From NCBI GenBank assembly GCA_003645215.1, contig QNEM01000002.1, forward strand, positions 1 to 53,652: DNA of 53,652 bases, given 5' to 3'. The notes beneath the pieces were generated by a model, which had not been told where the DNA came from, did not search any database, and saw only the letters and a program-made list of their open reading frames with translations. Origin of the DNA: Gammaproteobacteria bacterium. Its GTDB lineage: Bacteria > Pseudomonadota > Gammaproteobacteria > Eutrophobiales > Eutrophobiaceae. Positions 37,288 through 47,097 of this stretch are shown here, in pieces. Numbering within the stretch: the stretch's first letter is position 1; each line of letters begins with the position of its first letter. Made by a program: the position numbers and the translations under genes.

Positions 37288-38139
37288 ATGAAAATACATC
37301 TAGATTCATCCATCGATAATTATGCGGTGATGGGTAACCCCGTCGCACATAGTAAATCTCCTCAAATTCACACTGCGTTTGCAGAACAAACCAAACAACA
37401 TATTTTCTATCAGGCCATTCAGGTTGATGATGGAAGATTTAAAGCGGCAATAAAAGAATTTCAGGAGCAGGGCGGCAAGGGCCTGAATATTACCGTGCCA
37501 TACAAGGGTGATGCATGGGAAGTTTCAGAGGTTAGAAGCAACAGGGCTGAACGTGCACTGGCAGTCAATACAATCAGCTTTGATGATGCAGGTAAAATCA
37601 TTGGTGACAATACAGATGGTATTGGTCTTGTTCGTGATCTGACAATTAATCAGGATATTGCAATTAAAGATAAAGATGTTCTGATACTTGGAGCAGGTGG
37701 TGCCGTCAGAGGAATTCTTGATCCACTATTCGATGAACATCCAGGCAAGCTTGTTATTGCTAATCGTACAGTTAGTCGAGCCGAGAAGCTTGCTGATATT
37801 TTCTCAGACCGTGGTGAAATCTCAGCTTGTGGATTTGATGAACTTTCAGGAAGCAGTTTCGATATAGTCATCAATGGTACTTCGGCCAGCTTACAGGGTG
37901 AAGTTCCTTCGCTACCTGAGCGTCTTCTCAATGACAACGCCTGTTGTTACGACATGATGTATTCATTGACCGATACACCTTTTGTTGCGTGGGCCAAGGC
38001 ACATGGTGCAGCTAAAGCATCCGATGGTTCAGGTATGCTTGTTGAACAGGCTGCGGAGTCTTTCTTTATCTGGCGTGGAGTTAGACCAGAAACAGGATCG
38101 GTAATAAAATTACTTGGAAGAGTGAAGAGTGAAGAGTGA
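37288..38139 (+). CDS. aroE: Shikimate dehydrogenase
   Basis: GNPVAHSKSPQIH, GAGGAVRG and NRT motifs. The last six codons plus the stop lie inside the AGTGAAG repeat. Confidence 0.92.
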   Translation: MKIHLDSSIDNYAVMGNPVAHSKSPQIHTAFAEQTKQHIFYQAIQVDDGRFKAAIKEFQEQGGKGLNITVPYKGDAWEVSEVRSNRAERALAVNTISFDDAGKIIGDNTDGIGLVRDLTINQDIAIKDKDVLILGAGGAVRGILDPLFDEHPGKLVIANRTVSRAEKLADIFSDRGEISACGFDELSGSSFDIVINGTSASLQGEVPSLPERLLNDNACCYDMMYSLTDTPFVAWAKAHGAAKASDGSGMLVEQAAESFFIWRGVRPETGSVIKLLGRVKSEE

Positions 38140-38220
38140 AGAGTGAAGAGTGAAGGGTAAAACGACTCTTCCTATATTGTGCTTTAAACTTTTCACGTTT
38201 CACCTTTCACTCTTCACTTC
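38118..38220. repeat. Heptamer-word inverted-repeat element, copy C: (AGTGAAG)x5 left arm, TTCAC-word right arm
   Basis: Five tandem AGTGAAG units occupy 38121-38155. The right arm is CTTTTCACGTTTCACCTTTCACTCTTCACTTC (38189-38220). The element fills the whole gap between convergent aroE and dctM. Confidence 0.8.
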
Positions 38221-38225
38221 AAATA

Positions 38226-39539
38226 TTAAAGTCCATTCATTCTGTCCATCAAATCGGGTAACCATGTCACTAGCTTCGGGAACAGGAGCAATAAGATCAG
38301 GGTTAAAATCTGTATCATGACGAAAGGTATTATCCCGCGATAAATATCCTGGATTCGTATTTCTGGTGGTGCAACAGCCTTCAAATAAAATAATGAAAAG
38401 CCAAATGGTGGTGTCAGAAAAGATGTTTGCAGGTTGAGGCCAATTAAAACTGCCAACCAGAGTAGATCGATACCCAGAAGGTTGGCAATAGGGGCGATGA
38501 TTGGCACCACGATAAAACAGATTTGTAAAAAGTCCAGGAAGAAGCCCAGAACAAAGATTAGTAACATACTGGCAAACATAAATCCCCATACACCTCCGGG
38601 GATGTTTGTCATTACTTCACGAACCAGTGTATCTCCTCCCATACCACGAAACACCAGACCAAATGCGATGGCACCAATTAAAATCATAAACACCATACTG
38701 GTCAGGCGAACAGTGAGTTCCATGGCGGCTTTCAGTCTGTCCATAGTAAGTTGTTTATGGGCAGCAGAAAGTATCATCGCCCCAAGGGCACCGACTGCAG
38801 CCGACTCGGTAGGTGATGCGATACCGGCAAAGATTGATCCAAGGACACTGATGATTAGTAACAAGGGTGGCAATAAAGTAAATATGACTTTTTTGAACAG
38901 ATGTTCGCTGGCATTATTTTTCAGTGCGGGGGCAATGCCCGGGTTTATCCAGGCCATACCAAGAATGTATAACAGGAACAACAGAATCAATATTGTCCCT
39001 GGAACAACGGCACCAACAAAAAGACGACCTACAGGTACACCCATCACATCACCAAGCAGAATCAGTATAATACTGGGCGGTATGATTTGACCTAATGTCC
39101 CGGATGCGGCAATAGTTCCTGTGGCAAGTAAGGGAGAGTAATGACGTTTGAGCATGGTCGGTAGTGCAATAATTCCCATGGTCACAACGGTTGCACCGAC
39201 GATACCTGTGGTTGCGGCAAGCAGGGCGCCAACCACCACCACAGATACCGCGAGACCACCCCGCATCTTGCCAAATAATAAGCCCATGGTTTCCAGCAAA
39301 TCTTCAGCCAAACCTGATTTATCCAGTGTCACGCCCATGAAAATAAATAATGGAACAGCAAGTAAGGTGAAATTATTCATGGTTCCCCAGATTTGCAGAG
39401 GAAGTAGATTGAAAAAATTCAGATCTAAAAAGATACTACCGAATAAAAGTGCTACAGCACCTAAAGTAAAGGCAACCGGGTAACCCATCAGCAGCATGAG
39501 CATGAGCGTGACAAACATGGCAATGATGGCGGCAGTCAT
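38226..39539 (-). CDS. TRAP transporter large permease subunit (DctM family)
   Basis: 437-aa polytopic protein with DctM-like sequence. Its start overlaps the dctQ-like stop by 4 nt. Confidence 0.9.
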   Translation of the reverse strand: MTAAIIAMFVTLMLMLLMGYPVAFTLGAVALLFGSIFLDLNFFNLLPLQIWGTMNNFTLLAVPLFIFMGVTLDKSGLAEDLLETMGLLFGKMRGGLAVSVVVVGALLAATTGIVGATVVTMGIIALPTMLKRHYSPLLATGTIAASGTLGQIIPPSIILILLGDVMGVPVGRLFVGAVVPGTILILLFLLYILGMAWINPGIAPALKNNASEHLFKKVIFTLLPPLLLIISVLGSIFAGIASPTESAAVGALGAMILSAAHKQLTMDRLKAAMELTVRLTSMVFMILIGAIAFGLVFRGMGGDTLVREVMTNIPGGVWGFMFASMLLIFVLGFFLDFLQICFIVVPIIAPIANLLGIDLLWLAVLIGLNLQTSFLTPPFGFSLFYLKAVAPPEIRIQDIYRGIIPFVMIQILTLILLLLFPKLVTWLPDLMDRMNGL

Positions 39540-40072
39540 GATTTATCTCGCAGGATAAGCTTGAGATTCTTTGCAATATCCGCCACGCCTTGTAGTAAAA
39601 GGAGTGTGAATCCCAATGGAATGCCTGCCTTTAGTATCCAGCGGTAAGGCAGGCCACCTGGATCGGGAGAACCTTCCAGGTGGATATAGGCTTGAAAAAC
39701 AAATGGCCAGGAAGTGGTTATGATTAATATACAAAAGGGAATTAACAGTAGCAGGCTCCCCAGTAAATTAACCCATGCCCTGTGCTGATCATTCATGAAC
39801 CTGCTTTTATAGAAAAGATCCAACCTGACATGATCATCATGTTTTAATGTATACGCGGCTCCAATCAGGAATATCAGGGAAAACAGATGCCATTCCATTT
39901 CCTGTAATGCAATAGAACCGCTGAGAAAGTAGTAGCGCATGGCGACGTCGTAACTGACCAGTAAGACCATGGCCAACACAAGCCAGGAAACCAGTTTGCC
40001 TGAGAACTCACTGAATTGGTCTAGCTTATCTGAAATTTGTTGCAGCAAAAGCAGGGTGTCGTCTCGTTTCAT
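39536..40072 (-). CDS. TRAP transporter small permease subunit (DctQ family)
   Basis: 178 aa with four predicted TM helices, immediately upstream of and overlapping the DctM gene. Confidence 0.82.
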   Translation of the reverse strand: MKRDDTLLLLQQISDKLDQFSEFSGKLVSWLVLAMVLLVSYDVAMRYYFLSGSIALQEMEWHLFSLIFLIGAAYTLKHDDHVRLDLFYKSRFMNDQHRAWVNLLGSLLLLIPFCILIITTSWPFVFQAYIHLEGSPDPGGLPYRWILKAGIPLGFTLLLLQGVADIAKNLKLILRDKS

Positions 40073-40241
40073 ACCTGTTGGGGGAGTCCTTATTGTCAGG
40101 GCGTATTATTATTTGGAACAGGAATAAATACTATAGCTGAACTCTGCATATCCAGATGGTTTGGGTAGTCATCTATGATTTGTCTTGACGGTGCCTGTAT
40201 TGTCAAACGATTTAGTGATCTGCACTGGCTTTATGCACAAG

Positions 40242-40326
40242 CAAATCAAGTGGTAATAAATTATGTGATTTATCGATAGTGCCTACTATTCATGATAACT
40301 ATAAAAACACATAACCACTTGATTTG
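40242..40326. repeat. Long imperfect hairpin (13-bp perfect outer stem plus 7-bp inner stem)
   Basis: CAAATCAAGTGGT (40242-54) pairs with ACCACTTGATTTG (40314-26). The inner pair is TTATGTG (40261-67) with CACATAA (40308-14). It lies in the rsmA-dctQ intergenic region. Confidence 0.6.
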
Positions 40327-40439
40327 AATAGGAAAAACATATTGTTTATATTGCAGTGAAACAATAATGTGAAACCTGAATTCAGAAAAAAACTGGCTGT
40401 ACTATGAAAATTTATTCACAGAGTTTTCCACAGGCTAAG

Positions 40440-41225
40440 CTATTGATTTTCCTTATGGTAGGCGTTTGCCAGTTGGATAAAATTTTCAATTGCTATGGTT
40501 TCTGCTCGTGCCCCAGGGTCAATTCCAAGATTGATTATCTGTCGCTCATCAAGCGTACCCTTTAGACAATTTCTGAGTGTTTTTCTTCTTTGAGAGAATG
40601 CCTGTTTTACGACATGTGCAAAGCATGGATAGTCCGAAATCTGGTTTAAAACCTTATCAAAGGGTTTCAATCTTATGATGGCTGACATGACTTTGGGTGG
40701 TGGTGAAAAAGCCCCTGGACTGACAGTAAACAATTTCTCAGCCTGACAATTCGCCTGAACCATCACAGACAGACGCCCAAAATCCTTGCTTCCTGGTGAA
40801 GCACACGTGCGGTCGATGACTTCTTCCTGAAGCATGAATACCATGTCATCAATAATCTGATTATTTTCCAGTAGATGGAAAATTAAAGGTGTTGAGATAT
40901 TGTAGGGCAGATTGCCAATGATACGTAAGTGCTGATTGCCCAACTCCTTGAAGTCATAAGTCAAAGCATCAAGGCAATGAATAATGATTTTTTGTTCATT
41001 CTCGTATTTTTTTTCCAGCGCATATGCCAAATCCCTGTCAACTTCAAGGACGTGTAAACAATCCAGGTGTTCTAACAATGGAACTGTAAGTGCACCTTTG
41101 CCAGGACCTATCTCAATGATTGTCTGGTTCCGCTGTGGATTTATGGCCGTAATAATACGTTGAATAATATTCTGGTCATGGAGAAAATGCTGACCAAATC
41201 TTTTTCTTGCCCTGTGTTCTGTCAT
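40440..41225 (-). CDS. rsmA: 16S rRNA (adenine1518/1519-N6)-dimethyltransferase
   Basis: FGQHFL, EIGPGKGALT (SAM site) and GNLPYNIST motifs. Confidence 0.95.
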   Translation of the reverse strand: MTEHRARKRFGQHFLHDQNIIQRIITAINPQRNQTIIEIGPGKGALTVPLLEHLDCLHVLEVDRDLAYALEKKYENEQKIIIHCLDALTYDFKELGNQHLRIIGNLPYNISTPLIFHLLENNQIIDDMVFMLQEEVIDRTCASPGSKDFGRLSVMVQANCQAEKLFTVSPGAFSPPPKVMSAIIRLKPFDKVLNQISDYPCFAHVVKQAFSQRRKTLRNCLKGTLDERQIINLGIDPGARAETIAIENFIQLANAYHKENQ

Positions 41226-41234
41226 CAGGCTGTT

Positions 41235-42275
41235 TCAGCCATTAAGAATCTGTGCTGGTGGATCTGCAGATGCAGAATGATCAGATGTGTTAGACGATAG
41301 ATCAATAGCAGACTGAATTGCCTCCATTAAACTTGAACAGGAGGCATTTCCTGTGCCAGCGAGATGAAGCGCTGTGCCATGGTCAACGGAAGTTCTGACT
41401 ATAGGTAATCCCAAAGTTATATTGACTGTTTCACCAAATCCCAGAGATTTTAAAACAGGCAGTCCCTGATCATGATACATAGCGACAACAACATCAAAAC
41501 TATCAATCATTTCTTGCGTAAAGGCAGTATCTGCGGGTTGAGGGCCTGTCAGATCCAGGCCCTGATCCCTTAATGTGTTTATAACGGGAATAATGATTTC
41601 GTTTTCTTCATTACCTAAATGACCATTCTCACCCGCATGTGGATTCAAACCACAAACCAGAATACGAGGCTTGTTGATAGAAAATTTATCCCGAAGATCC
41701 TTATCGACTATTTGTAAAACCTCGGTCAATTTATCTTTTGTGATAGCATCGCTTACCTTTGATAAGGGCAGGTGCGTTGTGACCAGTGCAACTCTTAATA
41801 GTTTATTTTCCAGCATCATGACGGGGGTAGCTTGCTGACAAAGGTCGGCTAGAAATTCTGTATGCCCACTGAATGCAATAGCAGCATCATTAATGATAGA
41901 TTTTTGTACCGGGGCAGTAACCATGGCATCAAATTCATTATTGAGACAAGCTGTACAGGCTGTTTTTAACAGGGTTAAAACGTATTCAGCATTATGTACA
42001 TCGAGTTTCCCTGCAATGGTGTGAGTTTCAGTTTTAACAGGGATTATTCTCAGGGTTTTGGCAACGTGTTTCTGTTTGTATGCATCATCAAATGTAGTTA
42101 ATGACAGGGGCAGTCCCAATAACGATGCTCGATCCTGTAACAAATCCGGATCACCTATGGCAACAATATCAGCATTAATATTTTTCTGGGCAATCTGAAC
42201 GGTGATGTCAGGGCCAATGCCTGCAGGTTCACCTGTTGTTATAATGATGCGCGGCAGGTCGTTGTTACCTCTCAT
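41235..42275 (-). CDS. pdxA: 4-hydroxythreonine-4-phosphate dehydrogenase
   Basis: GEPAGIGPD, GHTEF, NPHAGE, YHDQGLP and TSVDHGTA motifs. I chose the start at Met11 of the listed ORF (42275) by alignment with E. coli PdxA. The listed ORF extends to 42305, so the start is uncertain. Confidence 0.9.
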   Translation of the reverse strand: MRGNNDLPRIIITTGEPAGIGPDITVQIAQKNINADIVAIGDPDLLQDRASLLGLPLSLTTFDDAYKQKHVAKTLRIIPVKTETHTIAGKLDVHNAEYVLTLLKTACTACLNNEFDAMVTAPVQKSIINDAAIAFSGHTEFLADLCQQATPVMMLENKLLRVALVTTHLPLSKVSDAITKDKLTEVLQIVDKDLRDKFSINKPRILVCGLNPHAGENGHLGNEENEIIIPVINTLRDQGLDLTGPQPADTAFTQEMIDSFDVVVAMYHDQGLPVLKSLGFGETVNITLGLPIVRTSVDHGTALHLAGTGNASCSSLMEAIQSAIDLSSNTSDHSASADPPAQILNG

Positions 42276-43557
42276 CCAGTCGGTACTCGACATAGGCCTC
42301 ATCACGTAGATGCCTTAACCAGTTTTGGTGGGCTTCTTCCGATTTTCTTCTGCGAATGGTGTCTGATGCCTTTTCTCGCTTGGCATTTTCGGTATCGTCA
42401 TATTCTCTACGCTCGGTAACCTCAAGAATATGCCATCCGAATTGTGTCTCAAACGGCTGACTGATCACACCAATTTCGAGTTGATTCATAACCTCTTCAA
42501 ATTGCGGCACCAGTCTCCCGGGGCTTGACCAGCCAAGATCTCCACCCTGAGCCGCACTAAGTTTGTCATCGGAATTTGCCTTTGCCAGTTTTGCAAAATC
42601 ATCGCCACCCTCAATACGTATTCTTAACTGATCCAGCCTTACCCAGGCATCATCAGCTGTGGTTAGCTCATCAACTTTAATGAGAATATGGCGGGCACGT
42701 GTCTGAGTGATTATTTGCATTTCGCTACTGCGTACATCAGCTAATTTAACAATGTGAAAGCCAGATGAACTTTTGATCAAATCACTGATGTCCCCTTTTT
42801 TCATGGCCGCAACCTGGGCGCTAAATATACTAGGAATTTCATTCCTTTTACGCCAGCCCAAGTCACCACCTTCAAGTGCTCTCTGACCATCTGACACAGT
42901 CGTTGCCATGGTTGTAAAATCCTGTCCTGTGTTTAAATCTTCAAGTACCTTTGTAGCAATAAGTCTGGCCTGTTCCTCTTCATCCGGGGTCGGGGCTTCC
43001 GGCAAGGAGATGAGTATATGCTGAAGCAGGTATTCCGTTTCTGTTTCTCCCTGAAATTCCATATTGGCGAGGGCATTGTCAATCTCTTTACTGGTAATAG
43101 AAATTCGATTATCTACCTGACGTTGACGCAGTCGGGAGATAACAATCTCCTCACGCATATTTTCTCGAAACTGCTCATAATTAAATCCATCTTTTTCGAG
43201 AATTTCCTTGAATTGACTCAGGCTGACATTATTTCCAGCTGCGACGTTACTGATGGTTCTGTTTAATGTTTCATCATCGACACGGATCCCCGTTTCTTCA
43301 GCCCTCTGAAGCTGAATCTTCATCAGGATCATACGTTCAAGGATTTGCGTTTCCAGAATGTTATTAGGGGGGAGTTGAACATTCTGCTGTTGCATTTGAG
43401 CGACTACCGTGCGAAGTTTCGCATCAAGTTCACTTTGCATAATGATGTCATTTTCAACCACTGCGACGATACGATCTAATTCTACATCTGCCTGTGAATT
43501 AAATATTTGTAACGTAAGAAGGCCTGCAAATAGCAGGCGCAGGTAAGGAAATTTCAA
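42265..43557 (-). CDS. surA: Periplasmic chaperone / peptidyl-prolyl isomerase SurA
   Basis: Signal peptide, an N-terminal SurA domain and two parvulin domains (GGDLGW twice). TTG start one nt after the lptD stop. Confidence 0.92.
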   Translation of the reverse strand: MKFPYLRLLFAGLLTLQIFNSQADVELDRIVAVVENDIIMQSELDAKLRTVVAQMQQQNVQLPPNNILETQILERMILMKIQLQRAEETGIRVDDETLNRTISNVAAGNNVSLSQFKEILEKDGFNYEQFRENMREEIVISRLRQRQVDNRISITSKEIDNALANMEFQGETETEYLLQHILISLPEAPTPDEEEQARLIATKVLEDLNTGQDFTTMATTVSDGQRALEGGDLGWRKRNEIPSIFSAQVAAMKKGDISDLIKSSSGFHIVKLADVRSSEMQIITQTRARHILIKVDELTTADDAWVRLDQLRIRIEGGDDFAKLAKANSDDKLSAAQGGDLGWSSPGRLVPQFEEVMNQLEIGVISQPFETQFGWHILEVTERREYDDTENAKREKASDTIRRRKSEEAHQNWLRHLRDEAYVEYRLDER

Positions 43558-43558
43558 C

Positions 43559-45850
43559 TTAAAATTCGCTCTCGTAACCAGGGATTTTTTGTTTCAGGAA
43601 ATCTACAGTTTTCCGTCCAACTCCCGCCAGCCCCTTGAGTTCAATTTGTAAAAATACACCTGTATCAAAATCCCCGTCTACATCGGTCAGGAATCGTCGT
43701 GCAACTGCCCGGAAGCCCCAACAGCAACTGTCATATTCAACACCACCAAAAATTTCCAGTGATTTTCTTTCCGGAACCGCATAATTCCATCTTCCGAGCA
43801 TGCTCCAGTTTCGGCCGACCGGCCAATGAAAGGAAACATCACTTTGTTCTATGTCTACTCCTGAAACATTAGATGAGGGTCTGCGAACACGATAGGTGAA
43901 ATTTATAATCTTGTTTGCTGCTGGTTTGTACTGGGCCTGTGCAAGTAATCGCTCAGTCTCGTTGTTGTGAGGGTCCCATTGGATATTTCCTCTTAATTTC
44001 CAGTGCCTTAACAAGGTAGTACCAACTTCCGCAATGAAAGGTGAACTGTTGTCATCACGCACTGCATCACCAGGTAAAGTTACCTCTCTATCGCTCAGGT
44101 AATAAATCTGTCCCAGGCTTACGTAGGCCTTCTCTCTTCCTGTGTCCTGATCTAACAGGCGTGATGTCAATGCTACTGTGAACTGGTTGGCATCGCCAAC
44201 ACGGTCTGCGCCACTAAAGCGATCTTCCCGGAATAATGCATCAAAGTTAAAATCGTACAGATTAGAATCAAAAACAGGCAGGTCATCCTGGTTTTCTTCC
44301 GGAACATAAAGATAAAAAAGCCTCGGTTCCAGCGTTTGCAATGATTTTTTCCCGAATAAAGAGAAGTCACGTTCCAGAAAAACACCACTATCAACACTGA
44401 CTATGGGCAACAAGCGATTGGGATTTGAATCGAATGTGTTTGTACTGTGTAGATCATATTGTGTATAACGTAAAGCAACCTTTGGCGTAACGAACGCAGA
44501 AGCGGTTCTATATGGATAGCTGATTGAAGGCAGCAGATCCATCCTTGCACCAAGTACATCATCTACAGTGCCTGTATCATCATCGCCGCGATCAAAATAT
44601 GTAAATTCACTTCTAAGATTATAGACAAACTTGTTACTACCACCAGGGGAACGTGCATAGAAGTTGATTTGTGGAAGACGTTTATAGGGTCTATTAACGG
44701 CATCAATTGTTGAATCAACGGTTTGATAATTTTCCAGCCTGACTCTGCCACTCCAACTGTTGCCACCATACAACTTTCCGCTATATGAAATATCACCACG
44801 CTGCCGTAGAAAGCGTGTGCTGGTAACACCGAGGGAGTTACCAAAATCTTCAAAATAATTTTTGTCAGATACCCTGTTGTAATCCAGTGAGAACTTGCCC
44901 CTGTCTGCAAATCTACGGTCATGTTTCACTCGAATGAGGCTTCTGTTCTCATCATCGAAATCATTATCACTGGGAAGGAACTCGCCACTGAGCTCACTCA
45001 TACTATTTTTTGACATATGACGGAATTCACCCATCAGCATGACGCCACGGTCTGTCATTAACCTGGGAGTCAATGTCGCATCCATCTGCGGGGCGATGTT
45101 CCAGTAAAATGGCGTACGCGCTTCAAAACCACTTCGATTTGAGCTGCCTGCACCAGGAGTTAAAAAACCGGTCTTTCTTTTCTTGCTCAGCGGGAATGAC
45201 ATATACGGGCTGTAAAATATTGGCACATCTTTAATCCTGAGCACGACATTTTTGGCCTTGCCCCATTCTTCGACATGATCAAGATGGATTTCACTTGCGG
45301 ATATGGACCAGAATTTGTCTGCCGGATCACAGGTGCTGTAGTCGGCATTTCTTAAATTTGTCTCTGTGCCCATCTTCATTTCCAGATCGGCACTTTTCCC
45401 ACGTCCACGATTATCCTTAATCGTATATCTGGTATTTTCGAATTGACCGGTATCTGAATTGAATTCGATGTGGCCCTTGTCAGCTTCCAGGTAGATTGCT
45501 TCATCCCAATACTGGATGTTGCCTTCCAGATCAGCGGTATCATCTATCTGGTTAAATTCAACATGGTCAGCTCGAGTCTGTTGATCGTCTCGTGTGATTT
45601 CAACATTTCCATCCAGTGTCGAGATCCCTTCTTCCTCCAGATCAGCATCATCTGCTGCAACATGCACATCGCCTGCTTCCAGTTCAGCTTCAACAACTGG
45701 CCGGGCAGGGATATTTAATGAGTCCGTGCATAAAGGCCAATTTGACTCTTGCTGTTCTGGCTCATCTGCCCGGGTGGGCATAACTGGAGCCAAAAATACA
45801 GACGTAATCAGGGCAGATGCCATGAAGTGATTATTTAATATTTTTTTCAC
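43559..45850 (-). CDS. lptD: LPS-assembly outer-membrane protein LptD
   Basis: 763 aa with a signal peptide, an OstA-like N-terminal domain, a large beta-barrel and a C-terminal ...YESEF. The conserved lptD-surA-pdxA-rsmA order is present. Confidence 0.93.
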   Translation of the reverse strand: MKKILNNHFMASALITSVFLAPVMPTRADEPEQQESNWPLCTDSLNIPARPVVEAELEAGDVHVAADDADLEEEGISTLDGNVEITRDDQQTRADHVEFNQIDDTADLEGNIQYWDEAIYLEADKGHIEFNSDTGQFENTRYTIKDNRGRGKSADLEMKMGTETNLRNADYSTCDPADKFWSISASEIHLDHVEEWGKAKNVVLRIKDVPIFYSPYMSFPLSKKRKTGFLTPGAGSSNRSGFEARTPFYWNIAPQMDATLTPRLMTDRGVMLMGEFRHMSKNSMSELSGEFLPSDNDFDDENRSLIRVKHDRRFADRGKFSLDYNRVSDKNYFEDFGNSLGVTSTRFLRQRGDISYSGKLYGGNSWSGRVRLENYQTVDSTIDAVNRPYKRLPQINFYARSPGGSNKFVYNLRSEFTYFDRGDDDTGTVDDVLGARMDLLPSISYPYRTASAFVTPKVALRYTQYDLHSTNTFDSNPNRLLPIVSVDSGVFLERDFSLFGKKSLQTLEPRLFYLYVPEENQDDLPVFDSNLYDFNFDALFREDRFSGADRVGDANQFTVALTSRLLDQDTGREKAYVSLGQIYYLSDREVTLPGDAVRDDNSSPFIAEVGTTLLRHWKLRGNIQWDPHNNETERLLAQAQYKPAANKIINFTYRVRRPSSNVSGVDIEQSDVSFHWPVGRNWSMLGRWNYAVPERKSLEIFGGVEYDSCCWGFRAVARRFLTDVDGDFDTGVFLQIELKGLAGVGRKTVDFLKQKIPGYESEF

Positions 45851-45903
45851 CGTGCTTTATTATTTTTTGCCGCTGGAGTGGCGATTTCCCTGTAAAATAG
45901 ACA

Positions 45904-45939
45904 CCCAATGCAATGCCCCAAGTAATGTCCCAATGTAAT
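45904..45939. repeat. Three imperfect 12-13-bp direct repeats CCCAA(T)G(Y)AATG upstream of lptD
   Basis: The units are cccaatgcaatg, ccccaagtaatg and tcccaatgtaat, back to back, 55-90 bp upstream of the lptD start. Confidence 0.55.
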
Positions 45940-46216
45940 ATCTGGGAGTAATTTTGTAACTTCTTGATTATAGTGTGATTTTAAACCCCATGATAGCCTT
46001 AGGAGCAGGGTTTTTGTATTTGAAATACAGGGACAGGTGAAAATATATAATGGGGTTTCTTAAGTTTAAAATGTATCTCTTTAATTTTAAAGGACATCAT
46101 TATTATTGATTTGATGATTAATTTGTTAAAAATAATTGTGACAAATGAACAGAATCAATAATTAACATTTGGCAAGACCCCCTGTTTGTCATGAACAAGG
46201 TTAGCAAATATTTCTA

Positions 46217-47056
46217 ATGAGAAAACTAATGAAAAAGCGCAATGTGATTATTACCGGATGTTCATCAGGAATTGGTCGTTGTGTTGCAGCAGGACTAAGA
46301 GAAAGAGGCTACCGTGTGTTTGCGACAGCACGTAAAAAAACAGATGTCAACATCTTGATCGCCGAAGGTTTTGAATCAGTGCAACTGGACTTGGCTAATT
46401 CGGCGTCCATTCGCTCTGCCTTTGCAACAATTATGGAAAAAACTGATGGTAAGATTTATGCACTGTTCAATAATGGTGCTTATGGCCAACCCGGTGCAGT
46501 CGAAGATTTAAGCAGAGATGTTTTGCGGCAACAATTTGAAGTAAATCTGTTTGGCACACATGAGTTGACGAACCTGGTGCTGCCGGTGATGCGTGAGCAG
46601 GGGTATGGAAGAATCATTCAGAATAGTTCAGTGCTTGGGTTTGTCGCCTTGCAGTTTCGGGGGGCCTATAACACGACTAAATATGCCCTGGAGGGCTTAA
46701 CCGATACCTTGCGCCTTGAGTTGATGGGAACAAACATTCATATTTCGCTTATCGAACCGGGACCTATTGAAAGTCAATTCAGAAAAAATGCATTGGCCGC
46801 ATTTGAAGAAAATATATCGGTTGAAAATAGTCCCTTTGAAAATGCCTACAAAAAGCTGGTAGAAAGATTAAAGACAGAGGGTCCTGTGGTACCTTTTACC
46901 CTGGAGCCTGAAGCCGTGCTTGATAAGGTGTACCACGCATTGGAAAGCATGAAACCAAAAGCCCGATACTATGTTACTTTTCCAACCTATCTTTTTGGAT
47001 ACTTAAAACGCGTTCTTTCTACCAAAATGATGGATAAGGTACTGAAGAAGGTTTAG
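46217..47056 (+). CDS. Short-chain dehydrogenase/reductase (SDR) family oxidoreductase
   Basis: Cofactor motif ITGCSSGIG, NNGA, and catalytic YNTTK. The start could instead be Met5 (46229). Confidence 0.88.
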   Translation: MRKLMKKRNVIITGCSSGIGRCVAAGLRERGYRVFATARKKTDVNILIAEGFESVQLDLANSASIRSAFATIMEKTDGKIYALFNNGAYGQPGAVEDLSRDVLRQQFEVNLFGTHELTNLVLPVMREQGYGRIIQNSSVLGFVALQFRGAYNTTKYALEGLTDTLRLELMGTNIHISLIEPGPIESQFRKNALAAFEENISVENSPFENAYKKLVERLKTEGPVVPFTLEPEAVLDKVYHALESMKPKARYYVTFPTYLFGYLKRVLSTKMMDKVLKKV

Positions 47057-47097
47057 GAGTCTGTTGATCCACGTGGTTAACTACATTGATGTTCGCT

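Noticed and set aside
38121-38155. Tandem AGTGAAG array considered as a CRISPR or coding mini-satellite
   Set aside because: The unit is only 7 bp with no spacers and no cas genes, so it is not a CRISPR. It is better explained as one arm of an inverted-repeat element.
38200-38589. 129-aa minus-strand ORF overlapping the 3' end of dctM in another frame
   Set aside because: It is fully overlapped by the DctM reading frame and runs into the heptamer repeat. There is no independent support.
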